In this document: in pieces, positions 1 through 13,150 of the stretch | Layout: each line of letters begins with the position of its first letter | How positions within the stretch are numbered: the first letter of the stretch is position 1 | DNA from: Antedon mediterranea | Lineage: Eukaryota; Animalia; Echinodermata | Length of the DNA: 64,000 bases | Direction of reading: 5' to 3' | Assembly: GCF_964355755.1 (NCBI RefSeq) | Contig: NC_092673.1 | Coordinates: forward strand, 24,239,648-24,303,647 | Notes under the pieces: model-generated | The model's database searches: none | Seen by the model: only the letters and a program-made list of their open reading frames with translations | Told to the model about the DNA's origin: nothing | Program-made: the position numbers and the translations under genes

Positions 1-92
1 CGTTAGTACGAAACGGTAATATAAATTGCATAATCATATAGATATACGGTTGATATTTATTAATGTTACTACTTATATCATATATTTTGCAG

Positions 93-200
93 GCATGGGT
101 TGAGTTGGAAGCCATCACAGTCCACAACAAGATGTCTCGTGCGTCACTGGATCATTTCATTTGGATCTTGGTCTTATGTACGTGGTCGATTTATACATAA
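93..200 (+). CDS. Probable terminal coding exon of a gene starting left of the window; hydrophobic C-terminus (GPI-signal-like)
   Basis: Acceptor tatattttgcag ends at 92. The frame AWVELEAITVHNKMSRASLDHFIWILVLCTWSIYT* ends at TAA 198-200, followed by AT-rich UTR-like sequence. Phase cannot be checked without upstream exons. Confidence 0.4.
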   Translation, partial: AWVELEAITVHNKMSRASLDHFIWILVLCTWSIYT

Positions 201-2413
201 GATTGATGTGGACAAAGTGTACCTTAATTAGATCTATTTTAATACCTATAAAACTATTTTAAAAACTGCCCAAATCTACCTCTATCATAGTTTCTAACTA
301 ATTAGTATTTAGAGTTTGTAGAAGTAAGTACAAACAGACTAGGGCAAGTTGTATTGCTGTAATTTCATCCGATGCAACAATTCAAAACAGACTTCAAACA
401 ATGAGAAAACTTATTACCAATTTTAATAATTGGTATATTATTATATTGTGGGTTATTAACATTTGATACAAATGAAAAATAACCCAAAATATAATTAAAT
501 AGGCCTATAGAAATTATAATAAGTAAATGAAAGCTAAGGTTTCTGTTTTCTTGTTAATGTCGTCGTGAGGTGGTTTCCCGAATGATCGTAAAATCAAAAC
601 GGTACTGGGTATGACCAACTAGCGTTATTGTCACCGGCTAGTCATCCATTCATAGAAGTACTAATGTAGTAGCCTACCTGTACGGTGACCATAGAATGTG
701 ACCCGAGGCATGACTTTCTTTTCCTCCCCTTAGAAATATCGTATACTTTATTCTTCTTTCTTGATTATCTCCAAATTGCTTTTACAACTGAAATAGGCTA
801 GCTTATATTTATTATTGTTATTATATTTCTTACCAACATTGAATATGTATAATAGTGTTTTAAGAGGAGTTTGTTCAATATTTAGAAGAGCCTTATAAGA
901 AGTATTCCTGAAAAAATGTCTTTCTGTAAAAATTTAAAATGTACTGAAATGTATTTATAATACTCATAGTGTACAATTTAAAACGAAATATATTTATTTA
1001 TAGTCTTGCATACAAAATAATTTTGATAATAGCACAATAAATAAATATATATTGACTGTATTCATGCTGTTCAGTTGTGTGTTTTCGTCAATCTCCTTTT
1101 TTTAACCGCATTATTATAGTAATATTATAAAAAGGACACATTTAATAAATTCATCAAAAATATAAACAATTTTATTCATAATCATAGACAATTCTTTAAA
1201 AGAGACATTGGCTTTCATGATGATGGTGCAGATTTATCGGATTTATAGTGAAACCTAGTACTGGTGCAAAATTTGCATACATTTAAATATCTGCCATTTG
1301 TACAAGTTCCATTTCCATTGGCATTCTTATTCAATTTGTTGAATGTTCCACCAATAGAAAGAATCGGGAATTATAATAATAATAGATTAGCTGAATTTGT
1401 GTCGATTTTGAAAAACTGGTCTCTTAAAACAAGGTACCGTTTCTTTCAGATTTTTTTTTACAGATAATTGTACAGTTTTGAATACGAACGTACATAACTA
1501 GGCCTTAGTTTCATGATAGTAGAAATTCGTCACTACTAAAATCTATCGTAATCATCTAAATTGAGTAACGTTAACTCCCATTTTTTATAATACAATTTAA
1601 TTTCATGCGAATGGGTAGTGAACTGTGTAATGGCTTACGTTACTGTGGATCACTTGGCAATTTTAGAACACTTTTACAAAGTATTCAATACTCTGAATGT
1701 TATCAATACAAATAGGCCTACCGTAATATTTATTGGTACTATTACTGTTTTCTGAATGTAGACCTGTTCTTGAAGAAATGTATACTTTAGACTAACCAGT
1801 TAACCGATAGCTCGCATGTATAATAGGCCTTTATAGTAACTGCAAATAGCTATATTTATGATTATTTGTTAGACTGTTATCTGCCTATTTAGGGGCATTA
1901 TTGACGAAATGAACAGTTGCGGTGTACAATAATTAATCCACTGAAGACCACTTACAACCAAGTCAATGTACAGTCAGAGATAGCCTATAGCCTAAGATAA
2001 GCCTTTGTCCCTAGAGTGTTAAGCTATTTTAGCTATTAGGCCTCTATGTAATAAAAATAATGCTTTTCTATTAACTTAACATTTTCACATCCCTGTTTGA
2101 ATAGAATTTTATATTATTTTGCACCTCTAATAATGCAATATATGCCTTAATAACTAATAGGCTATTTAAACATTATCGTGACGGTATGTCTTTGTGTATG
2201 TTTTGCTTTCCAGAATATTTCGTTCACCTTCAAAGATAGTTCTGTTCACACAATTAGTTGCTTTTTTCAGATATACTGTAATGCTATAACAGTATTGTAA
2301 TACTTAAGCCTTTTTACTGTACGCTTTCAAAGTTTGTTTAGTACCAATAATTATCCGTTTATCATAAAGCATTGATAATTCAGTCTATTGTCTTTGTTTT
2401 AATACATTTTTGT

Positions 2414-3078
2414 TTATGGAATGGCCTTGAATTTGTTTGCATCATTCACAGAGTAAAATGGATATGTGTACTTTTTTCGGCACCCTCGGCGTATCATATT
2501 GTATATATTGCATCTGTTACGGTACTGCTCTGGCCAGTCATCCTCTTCGCTGCTATCACCATTTGCTCTATAAACTATTGCTGGCCCATATTTTTTCCAT
2601 CCGGTATTTTTTCTTCCAGCTTTTCCTCCTCCTCCTCCTCCTCCTACTACTTCTCCTCCTCCTCCTCCTCCATTGACTACCGCATTCCCATTTATTCTTT
2701 GTCCATTATTTACAGTCTGTTTTTTATTTGTCTGTGTTTCAGTTTTAACTATTGACGTACTACCTCCAGCGTTACTACTGATGACAATGCTATTGTCAGT
2801 TGCCTCTTCGGCTGTTATCTGGACTTGAGGTTCTTCAATTTCTGTGACAACTTCTACGTTTGTCTTGTCATTTTGCGTAATGACTTCAATGACGCCTGTT
2901 GGCAGCTTAGGTAGAATTTCTGGTGTTGTGATCTCTTCTCGTATCAGCTCAAAGTCTACTACGGTTGCCATATTGCCCAGTACAGTGATTGCTTCGCTTA
3001 ATGGTCTAAAGCCATGTGCATCAACAGTGATAGTGTATGCACCGGGAGTGAGAAGCCTCCAATAGTCACCGTCAATAG
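2414..3078 (-). CDS. Carboxypeptidase exon 7: end of transthyretin-like domain plus long low-complexity tail
   Basis: Acceptor ttttctag, phase 1. Reads (A)IDGDYWRLLTPGAYTITVDAHGFRP... to TAA at 2416-2414. GDYWRLL-PG is the M14B C-terminal domain signature. Confidence 0.9.
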
Positions 3079-3903
3079 CTAGAAAACATAAACAAAAAAT
3101 ATAATAAGTGAGACTCAGTTTTCGTTATCTATTTTTATTTCAGTGTTTTTCATATTGCGTAATTAACTTTTTAAAAGTGTGTCTGTTATAACGTCATTAT
3201 ATCAAGGAACGTTACATAACCGTAGGCTACTATTACATATATTTTAAAGTACAATATCGGCTGGTGGGGCTAACAGTAATCATCCACACCCTCTAAAAGA
3301 GACAAATTGTCCGACATATTTCGTTTGACGGCCTGTACTTAGAAACACTCGAGAAACTAAAATTGTATGTCAATTGGCCCCACGGTGGATAGCCCTTAGG
3401 AAGTCCTTATGTCTTTATAGTCACTCAACATTTAATCATTATTAAAAGAAATAAAGGCATGTTTTCTAAAGTACCGTTTTGAGACAAACATGTTGTTGTA
3501 GGACCGCCGTTATACCATCAATCCTAGGCCTAATAAAGAGTCAGTCGTTGAACTCGAATAAGGACAATATCAGCAACAGACGACTAGAAACCAATCTAAA
3601 ACATTCATTTTTAAAGACAACAAATTGTTCCGTATCCGGACGTATGAAGAGGTGTTGATGGAAAAGCTGCGCTAGTCAAGTTCTTACTTTCGTCAAATTC
3701 TTTCGTTATTAAATTAAATCCACAAGAAATAAATTTATCATAAATCATAAAATGATAAAACATGTATTATGCCGCAGGTGAATTCACACGCATTTTACAC
3801 TTTGAAGCTACATGCCTAACCTAAATTTTATATTCGCGTTCCAAACATTTCTCAAAAAGTTTTCATTAACTTTCATTACTTTTTATATTGTGTTTTCACA
3901 TAC

Positions 3904-4009
3904 CTGTTGTTATATCATGTTGATACCTAGGACCTGTGATCTTGACAACAGCATTGGCAATCGGATTGCCTTGCAGATCTGTGACTACTCCTTTCACGCC
4001 CATGTGAAT
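3904..4009 (-). CDS. Carboxypeptidase exon 6
   Basis: cccttag|IHMGVKGVVTDLQGNPIANAVVKITGPRYQHDITT|gtatgt; phase 0 to 1, matching both neighbours. Confidence 0.93.
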
Positions 4010-4619
4010 CTAAGGGGGAGAAATAATACTAAAATAAATAGTTTTGTTTGTAACATATACTACGCTAACTAATATTAGGCTTCATAATTTAGAAAAAGAA
4101 ATGAGGACAATTTAGAGAAATTAGGACCGTCAATTAGGTCATCATTTTTTAGACAGATCAATAAGGGCTCAATGTCCTCTGTGATTGGTCGACGTATTTT
4201 TGTCTCAGTCATTGAAGAATCTCATCATTGAAGTGTAAGTTAGATATGAAAGATGTTAAGATAAGAGATGTTTCAAGAGGAATTAGCTAATGTGAACAGG
4301 AGTGAGTAGCAGGCTTGCTTCATTCAACTTAATAATTATACTACTTATGAAACTCTTATATTTGTATCAAGAGATTTCCTAAAAGGTATTAGATTCCCAA
4401 TACATTACTTCTATTCGAAACAACTATTTTCATTTTTTCCAGATAGAATAGATGAAATGTTAAAGTGTTATTTGTATGGAAAATGTCAAATTATAAGATA
4501 GTTTAAAGATCCTAATTTAAAAGAAGTAGCCTAATAAAGCATGCATGCATCGGGTTACCATAAGGTGTACTTTGTATCGCAGTAGCACTATTTCCACAAA
4601 TAAATTATCATCACTTTAA

Positions 4620-4859
4620 AGCTTTGTCTACACTATCAAATGTGATGTGAAAATATATGGACATGATGTCATATCACTACTATATTTAAGCATATTGGTA
4701 ACATGATTGTTTTTGTTACTGTGTATATTTTTTCTTTGTTAAATTTTTATGAATAGTTATGTCAACTTAATCATTGTTTACAATAAAGGAATCACACTGC
4801 CATATTTGGGCAAATCGCACTTTTTTTTATCAAACTAGTTTGATAGTGTAGTCAGAGCT
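4620..4859. mobile_element. PIF/Harbinger-type (Tourist-like) MITE, family A
   Basis: TIR AGCTTTGTCTACACTATCAAA ... TTTGATAGTGTAGTCAGAGCT with TAA/TTA flanks. Related copies at 29344, 54165 and 60451. Confidence 0.75.
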
Positions 4860-4885
4860 TTAGCACAAACAAATGTTATACTCAC

Positions 4886-5025
4886 AGCTTCTATATAAGA
4901 TAACAATGCTTCTTTGTTAGCGTACCATTTATTTTCAAGATCTTCTTCATTCGGAAATTTTTTACATCCAAGTTCCAGGGTGATTTCAAATGCATTTGAT
5001 GCTAAGTAGTTATAATCTTGCATAC
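4886..5025 (-). CDS. Carboxypeptidase exon 5 (catalytic Glu in ITLELGC)
   Basis: tttaag|(G)[46 protein letters not shown]|gtgagt. Confidence 0.95.
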
Positions 5026-5525
5026 CTTAAATTGAATTTCAATAAAGAAAATGTATTTAGTGTTTTAATCGACTTCACCTTTTAAATTACCTTGGACGAT
5101 TTACAACACGATTTTATAGGCATGTATTTTATCAAAGTATTATTATAAATATGGATTTGAGTTTAAAGAGTAGTTCCAGGTTTAACATTTCTATGTTTAT
5201 TATAAATATAAACTTCATGATGCTTCTTCTGCTTCACCGCTATCGAAAAATAAGTGGAGTTATTTAATGTTGTTGAAATGTTTCAGAGCATGTTGAACTT
5301 TGAGCTATACCATATAAGTAAAGTAGGCCTGCCTATGCCGACTGAGGCTACTTGTGTTATCTTCACTTTTCCTTGTCATATGTTTATTACCCTGCACAAC
5401 TATTTGTAGGCCTGTAATAGTATCCCTCTCTCAACCGGGTTGTTCTAATTCGACATCAGAAATGCTCAAAGGTTCATGAGGAATACATGGTGAAATAAAT
5501 GATTTTGTTTTGGTTACATACGTAC

Positions 5526-5820
5526 CTCCTTCTACACTGTACCACGACGCGCCGTTAGTGATTCCGTCTGGAAAGCCTTCTCCATAGCCAAAACATGATT
5601 TAGGCCTAGTGCTTAAAGTTTCATGATTTTTTGAATATATCAAAGAAAGATGGCGGAAAACAGCGTCGTCTGGAGACATACTGTAGAAGTAGCGACCCAT
5701 TGGATCACGTGATTTATCATACGGGTAGTTGACAACCATTTGGCCATCGTGCATGTTCGCTGAGAGCACAAATGGGTGCCTCTGTATCCATCTCATTATT
5801 GCTTTTGTCTCTGGTTGAAG
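5526..5820 (-). CDS. Carboxypeptidase exon 4 (third Zn ligand His)
   Basis: ctgcacag|LQPETKAIMRWIQRHPFVLSANMHDGQMVVNYPYD...GITNGASWYSVEG|gtacgt. Confidence 0.95.
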
Positions 5821-6448
5821 CTGTGCAGAAAAACATTAGTAATCATAAATTGAAATGCTTTATCATATGCCTAATATACAATGCTTAATATACAGACACA
5901 CACATATTAAGCCCATTAAGTGGATACTTCCCTGTAAAAACGAGGGACAATACCGTATATTTTAGCATTCAGGGAACATCACTATAAAGGTTTTATTTTG
6001 TTGGGTCCCCAGTGTTTCCCTTTAATAGCTAGGCGTTCTATTGTACTCTTGTAGAACTTAAACGAAATTGAAATGTTCACTTTATGATTTATAGATCATC
6101 TTTCTGATATTATTTTCCAGGGACAACATGGATAGTTTTAGGCCCCACACATACCTGGAACCAAAGACAAGTTTAGGAGTAGGGGTGAAATACTGGTCAT
6201 GCAATGAGACACTTTGGCGTTTGTTTAAGAGTATCGCAAAAAACATAGGGCTTAATTCGCATTGACAGAAATGCGTTTTCATTGAACTTGCAAACTCAAC
6301 TGAACTGTCTTAGTTCATTTTAATAGTGAGCTTAGATATATAACCAACTGCCTGTCGCGTTACATCCATTGACAGCTGTCTAATTGCAGTTTTATTTGAA
6401 AAGAAATCAGCAATAAATCTTTAATTAGAGTTTTAGTTTACTCAGTCC

Positions 6449-6860
6449 CTGTCCAAAGACTAGAGTGGTAACATTTTAGCAGTACTGAATAGAAATAATA
6501 ACTCGTTCACATTTTAGCTATATGGTAATGTTTTGCAGAATATCATTGTAAAGACACTAGTGCGATTAAAGTTATCCTAAATGTTCTGTCCAAAGACTAG
6601 AGTGGTAACATTTTAGCAGTACTGAATAGAAATAATAACTCGTTCACATTTTAGCTATCTGGTATGTTTTGCAGAGTATCATTGTAAAAACACTAGTGCG
6701 ATTAAAGTTATCCAAAATTGTCTGTCCAAAGACTAGGGTGGTAACATTTTAGCAGTACTGAATAGAAATAATAACTCGTTCACATTTTAGCTATCTGGTA
6801 TGTTTTGCAGAGTATCATTGTGAAGACACTAGTGCGATTAAAGTTATCCTAAATTTCCTG
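6449..6860. repeat. Tandem repeat, about 137-bp unit x3 (intron 3 of the peptidase)
   Basis: ctgtccaaagactag recurs at 6449, 6586 and 6722 with near-identical units. Confidence 0.95.
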
Positions 6861-7191
6861 TTATTAATTTCAATATTTTCGTTCAGTCAAAAATATTAAT
6901 ATTTTAATAATATCATAATAACAATTAGCATTTGATTATTAAAATACTTCAACTTGCGCAAAAAAATGTAAAAATACACATTTTAGAAATTATATATATT
7001 AATTATTTATTGCATAATATAATTTTTTATTTAAATCCGTAAACAATCTAAAAGGGATTTATTATTTCTTTTTAAGATTCTCATCAAAAAATTCGTGTAA
7101 CAGTTAAAAAGTGATATTTTTATCTGCAAAAATTTCGTATAGGCCTATTATTAGGAATTGATTCCTTACAAATGACTATTCGTTAACTTAC

Positions 7192-7341
7192 TTCATCTAC
7201 AGGCATTGTATTTGGTTTTAGATGGTGGTTCGGTCCTCCATTTCGTTCATTTTCGTACATTACAGCATTTAAATCCGGGAAATTACGATTCAGATTTATG
7301 TCATTAGCATTACTTCTTCCGAATAATGATGGAACTTTACC
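7192..7341 (-). CDS. Carboxypeptidase exon 3
   Basis: atttttcag|[50 protein letters not shown]|gtaagt; 150 nt, phase 0-0. Confidence 0.95.
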
Positions 7342-8082
7342 CTGAAAAATACAATTATAAAAATTAGTTTGCACCATATAATGATTATACGGGTCTATTA
7401 AACACTACAGTTATATATTATCACGAGTTTTTTTCCAGTTAGAGGGCCGCAATCTGGACACAGTGTGGAAACTCGTTGAGACTTTTTTGACTGGCAAGAA
7501 ATGTTACATTTAACATTTTATTCATATGTTACAATACATTTAACAATTATTAACTGATCATAATTTTACTGAAGAAAGGTTTTACACTAAAGTTAAAATC
7601 TATTGCTCACAGGTTTATTTATGGTTATACTTTTATCCAGCTAAAAATAAGATTTTAGTTTAGATAAGCTGTTAATTTTGCCTTATCTTTCTTACTCAGC
7701 AAACATAAATACACTTAAGCAATTGCTGTGTATAAAGAGTTGAATTATGTTAGGTCAGTCATTACTAACTTACATTGAGTTATGACTTATTATGAGTCAA
7801 CTAACACATGTTCATAATACATAAGGTGTCTTTATGTTATTCCAATATAATTACTGTATTAATCATAATAATAATAATAACAATCACCTGGCCCAACCGT
7901 TCCCCCCTAACATTTCAATGCAAAAGACGGGTCATAGCACTTCATTTTACAATAATCTAGGCCCTCGAGCCTCAATTTCAAAATCGACATTAACGCAGGT
8001 GAACTGAGTATTGCAGCACCTTGGATGCCCTTTCTCCCCTCCTCATCAACTCATTTCAATTATTAACGAGCTACCAACATAC

Positions 8083-8291
8083 CGTTTCATTGTATACATT
8101 CCAGGCCTTTTCAAATCCATCTGGATTCATTGATGGTAGTAAATGTATTCTAATGCTGTTGATCATTGTTATTACTCTTTCATCCCTTGCCAAATATTGG
8201 TCGCATAAATACTCTGCAAGATTTAGAAGTAACTCACGTCCCGAGGGTTCGTTCCCGTGCATGTTGGCTACATATTTAAATTCTGGTTCCC
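8083..8291 (-). CDS. Carboxypeptidase exon 2 (HxxE Zn motif)
   Basis: ttttttcag|(G)[22 protein letters not shown]...[22 protein letters not shown]|gtatgt. The phase-1 start completes the Gly codon begun in exon 1. Confidence 0.96.
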
Positions 8292-11200
8292 CTGAAAAAA
8301 TAAACAGAAAGTTATATACACATTTCTTTCAACGATTTCATCGATTGATTCAGAGTTAGATTATTCACTTATTTGTTATGTTATCTCCCGGATCTTGATC
8401 GACTTTTAAAACTAGGCTTATGTTCAACTCGCTATTTTCACTCAATCAATGTGTATTTAAACCTGTTTTCAACTAGGCGAATTCATTCGTACGTATCAAG
8501 GTGTCATTGGTTGCGCATTTTCCCGTCACAGAAGTGTCCTACTAAATAAGTATAATAATAATATTATATAAAATCGGATACGCATATAAATAAACGCTTT
8601 CGATTGTGAATACGCTTTTAACACGATCGACGGGATATTCCAATAATCTTCCACTGCGTAAACTTTGTAGATTTGAACTCGTCACATGGTCGAGTTGGCG
8701 AAGAGTTACACTATGTTTAGGAGAGTTACTCATGTTTGGGAGTCTACCTAATACTGCTGCTGTATTTCTAGATTAATAATTCAATACTGTCAATCATAAG
8801 TAGAAATAAACAAATTAAAATAATGACAAATACAAAGCGTAATCTAATTATATTACAACCGCATAACGTGTGTTTTTATAATTGTTGTTTTATATTTGAT
8901 AAAATGCAGGTTTCAAATACTGCATCTTTTCTCATTTTTCAGTTTGCTAAGAGACCATTAACATTTACTTTGAACAAAAAGACCGCTCAGAGTTACCGCC
9001 GATAACAGATTTACTAATTTAAAAACGTTTCAAACGCAACTAACACGTCAGACCCACCCTCCAATCGTTTATCGAGTCAGATTATTATATCATACGCATA
9101 ACAGAACTTGAAGATTCAAGATTTAAGGTTAAGATCCCTGAAGCATGAGTTCTGTCAAACAGCGCCATGCAATTAGTCAGCTTCGCCAGGTTTACCCTTA
9201 AATATTCTCTTGGTAATATCCTAAATATATCGTGTCAAACCGAAACTTAAATTGTTTGTAATGTTTAGGAAAATCATGTTATTTTCAAGAGGACTGGTTG
9301 CTATTGCTTAGATAAAGCGTACAAAAAACAAATTTTTTTGGTTAAGATTGTTGTATGTTCCAAAAATAAATTTATAGTTACGGGCCTCGTTAGAAGCCCA
9401 GAAACGGAACCATACCCAGTTACACAGAGGAGATTTAAATATACTTCAGCACAAAACCTATAATTTTTGTTATGAAGACCAGATTCAACTATATATAGCG
9501 CTTTTTTACCACTTGTAGGCCCACACTTGATGCAAAAATAATTAAAATAATAACTAATGTCCTAGTGATGTTTGACGTGTCAGCGAACTTTGAGCACAAC
9601 TATTTCATACGTGATGTTCAAGAATATCCCAGAATGCATTTGGCGAATGTGGAAAGTCGTGACACTTTATTAATGTTGTTTGATCAGTGCTTGTAGGCTA
9701 CGTTAAGTTGTTTGATAGACTTTAGGCCTACTCATAATGGCCACGAGTAGGCCTACGATATGTCAACTTGAACTTTATTAATAAAAAGAACAGTTGTCAT
9801 GAAGCTTGTTGTACTTTGTTTCTTCGGGAATTAGTAGACTTTATTACCGTCTGATTAGCTGAGTCATATTTGAAAAAATGTAACTGTATTTGAAACTGTC
9901 AAGTTCCGACCTAAGGCCATCGTTACCTAGGTTACTAAGTCTTAAGATTTAGGGAATTCAGAGATATCGATGATTGAAATAATGCTCCTGAAAAAGACTA
10001 TTTGTATTTCTAGATTTCTAGTGAAATTGTAAATTGTTATTAACATGGCTGCTGTGTCTTCATACGTTTGATTACTCATGTATTTTTAACCTGTAGTGAA
10101 CTGTCTAGATATGAATAAGTATTGTCATTGGGTCCCACGTGTGATGAGTGTCACAATTTGAGAGTGGTCCAATCAATCAAATAAATTTATTTTATTTCCG
10201 CGTAATTATAAATACATTTTAAAAAAACTAAAAAATATGATTAAATTAAATTTGTAAAACATTGTCTGGGTCTTTAAAAAATATAATACTTCATTTTAAG
10301 AAAGAAGCAGATGTTTTGTTCCTCCTGCCTAAACAAAAACATCCTCAATAAGAGGGTCTGTTATTGGAAGGCTTCTTATAAGAATTTCTCTGAAGACTGA
10401 ATGATAACAAAAACAATACTCCTTCACCCATCCACACCAGGCCGTTTTAAAATGTACTTTAAGGTACAAACTCTCGATAAATCTACCCCACTATTCATCA
10501 CCAAAACTCCTGCAATCGCTTTTTGTACAGCATGCATGTGTGTGTGTGAGTAGGACACATTTGTCTGTGTTTCTATCGTATAACATAGGCCTATGGTTGA
10601 TAATGAAGTAAGGTCTTTAATTGGAATGCGTCTAAATTGTCCATAAAGCACATTGACCGAAGAATATTTGATCAAAGTTCTTTATTACGTATTATTAAAC
10701 AACAATCAATTGTTATATTATTTCCATAGCGAAATACTTATTCTCTATAGTTGTTATACGATAATCGGCCCGCTCTATTGTTTTATCGAATGACATGTTT
10801 AGGAGGTGCATTTGGGATAGTGTACGTAATTGACGAATTATGGCTCAGGGGTTACGAATAACTATTTGTCATTATAGAAACATTGTTATGTTCTCTAAAT
10901 AGATCTATGTATCAGTGTAATGAGTGATACGTAGATTATTTAAGAACTACCTAGGGAGAACATAATGTTCTTTATACGTCATATTTTTTTATCATTAATC
11001 AAATTGGTCGTGTTCATCTACTCTCTCACTCTTGCAAGTCGCGTGCCAAATTCTTTGCTACATAATAAATGTATATAATATAATTGAATAACTAAATTAG
11101 TACAAATAGGTTTACTCCTTAAATAGATGAGATGTTTTATCTATACGTCTGGTTTATGTCTTTGTAACTTAAATAACGTATTTTGAATTAATACTGTTGG

Positions 11201-11378
11201 CCAATCGTTTGTATGTTTCAGTAATAAAGATATTTTACACATATATTTATTTATAGAAACACAAATACATTATATAATTGTTTTTAGTATTTGATAAAGA
11301 TACGTTTTGGAAAATAATTATAATGATTCAGGTTCTATGAATATGGGAACTTAGAAAACAAAATCAGGGTGGAGTTTA

Positions 11379-11567
11379 GGCACGTCCATTTAAAGTACGG
11401 AACGTCCATTTAAAGTATGGCACGTCTATTTAAAGTATAGCACGTCTATTTAAAGTATGGAACGTCCATTTAAAGTACGGCACGTCCATTTAAAGTACGG
11501 CACGTCCATTTAAAGTATGGAACGTCCATTTAAAGTACGGCGCGTCCATTTAAAGTATGGCACGTCT
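11379..11567. repeat. Minisatellite, 20-bp unit x about 9.3
   Basis: Unit (c/a)acgtccatttaaagta(c/t)gg repeats every 20 bp from 11381 to 11561. Confidence 0.95.
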
Positions 11568-12131
11568 TCTATTTAAACCACACAGCGTCGCATGAATCAT
11601 CTCGATGTACTTTTCAGTATGGACAGTATCATAGATCCTGAGTAGTCTAATAAACCAGACTTACTGCTGTAGATCCACATTTATGTTGACTAATACTTAA
11701 AATTCAGAATATTAGCTAATACAATTAATATTTAACTCGATTTCGTGTAACATGTCAGCACAAGGCACTTGCTATGCTATACTGGGATGTCCGAGAGAAA
11801 TCATACAGATCATGCTAGATATTGTTAAATAGCTAAAAGGGTGATTAATTATTGGCCTATAGGCATGATTCATTATAACGTGGTTATGCCTATTTGCCAC
11901 GAGCAAACGGGCAATCCCAAGAGTCGTAGTTTAATTTTAGTCCTGTCGTAATAACATGATACTATTTCAGTTATAATTAGGAATATTAAACTATTACTAG
12001 GCCTATTTTACGTTGTTTTCATTCATATCATAAAATGAATTACAATATTTACACACATTTAAAAGTTTATTTAAATTATTAATTGTAATATTAACTATGT
12101 TATTCTTCTATTTTATTGTTTACTTATAAAG

Positions 12132-12269
12132 GACATGGGACGAAGAATGATTGGAAATGGAGAGTGATAGGCTATGATGAGGAACGGAAAGTCTTACGTC
12201 CAGACGACCAGATGCATCAGACGATCAGAGGGCACACAACTGGCGGGCACACCTATTCCCTTAAATAAG
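12132..12269 (+). other. Putative isolated exon of an unidentified nested + strand transcript
   Basis: GC-richer 138-nt block between a pyrimidine-rich acceptor (...tttacttataaag) and a consensus donor AAG|GTAAGT. One frame stays open for 44 codons to a TAA one base before the donor. Confidence 0.35.
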
Positions 12270-12315
12270 GTAAGTTAAGAATGTGTTTTCTATTTGTAAA
12301 GCACTATCACTATTA

Positions 12316-13150
12316 AGCCCCTTTCTCACAGATGTGTCTGCAATATACCGGTACAATGCTGGCGTCGTGCCGGTATCGTTACCGGCATATACCCATTCTC
12401 ATCGGACTATCGTGCCGGAAATATAACCGGTATATACCGGCTTTCTGTGAGAAAGGAGTCGGGCATATTCGGCCGATAAAAAGTCTCTGACAAAATAATT
12501 ATTGAGGGCGTCCTTTATTGTTATTATTTTTGTCTAGGGATATATGGCGGCGAATGTTAGGTTACAGATTATTATCTTCCTTTATAGCATATTTATGCAA
12601 TACATGCTATGTACAGTATATTGTGCATATATTATACAGGTACAGCAATTAATTAGCCGTCATCGGCAATCTGTAAAACACCTTAGAAGGCTGTACAATT
12701 TACAAGGCGACGAAGGGTCAGGCTAGTTAGGCACCAACAAAAACAAAGAGCTAGGCCTAGGCATATATGGCCTAGAGGCCTGCTATAGATTATGCTACAA
12801 ATTTCTTCTTGTCCCCTTATTTTAAGCAGCTCTCTTATCTCATTATCCCTCCAGTTCGACATTATTATTGTTAATTGAATTGGCGCCAAAGTGATACACT
12901 TGACCGCGCAAGGTGTCTGAAGCCTCGACAGGGAACCCCGGAATATAACGGCGTTACGTTCTCACAGAATGCCCGTCTGGCATTGCGGGGAATATCCCTA
13001 GAATATTACTAGGTCTAAAGCAGGTCATGTCGATGCCGGCATGGTGCCGGCATGATGCCAAGACGACCCGTTCTCACAGAAAACCATACCGGCATGGTAA
13101 TGGTATATTCCCGCAATATTCCAGGCACTCAGCTCTGTGAGAAAGGGGCT
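12316..13150 (-). mobile_element. Non-autonomous Harbinger transposon (internal-deletion derivative) retaining the start of the Myb/SANT-like ORF
   Basis: TIR AGCCCCTTTCTCACAGA / TCTGTGAGAAAGGGGCT with TTA on both sides. Subterminal ttctcacaga repeats. Minus-strand MSNWRDNEIRELLKIRGQEEI resembles the first helix of Myb/SANT-like DNA-binding domains. Confidence 0.85.

Noticed and set aside
2372-2755. + strand ORFs with poly-Ser and poly-Leu
   Set aside because: Antisense shadows of the (GGA)n poly-Gly segment of peptidase exon 7.
11379-11567. 20-bp array (also the 29-bp and 68-bp arrays) as a CRISPR-like locus
   Set aside because: Head-to-tail units with no unique spacers, no cas genes, and a eukaryotic context.
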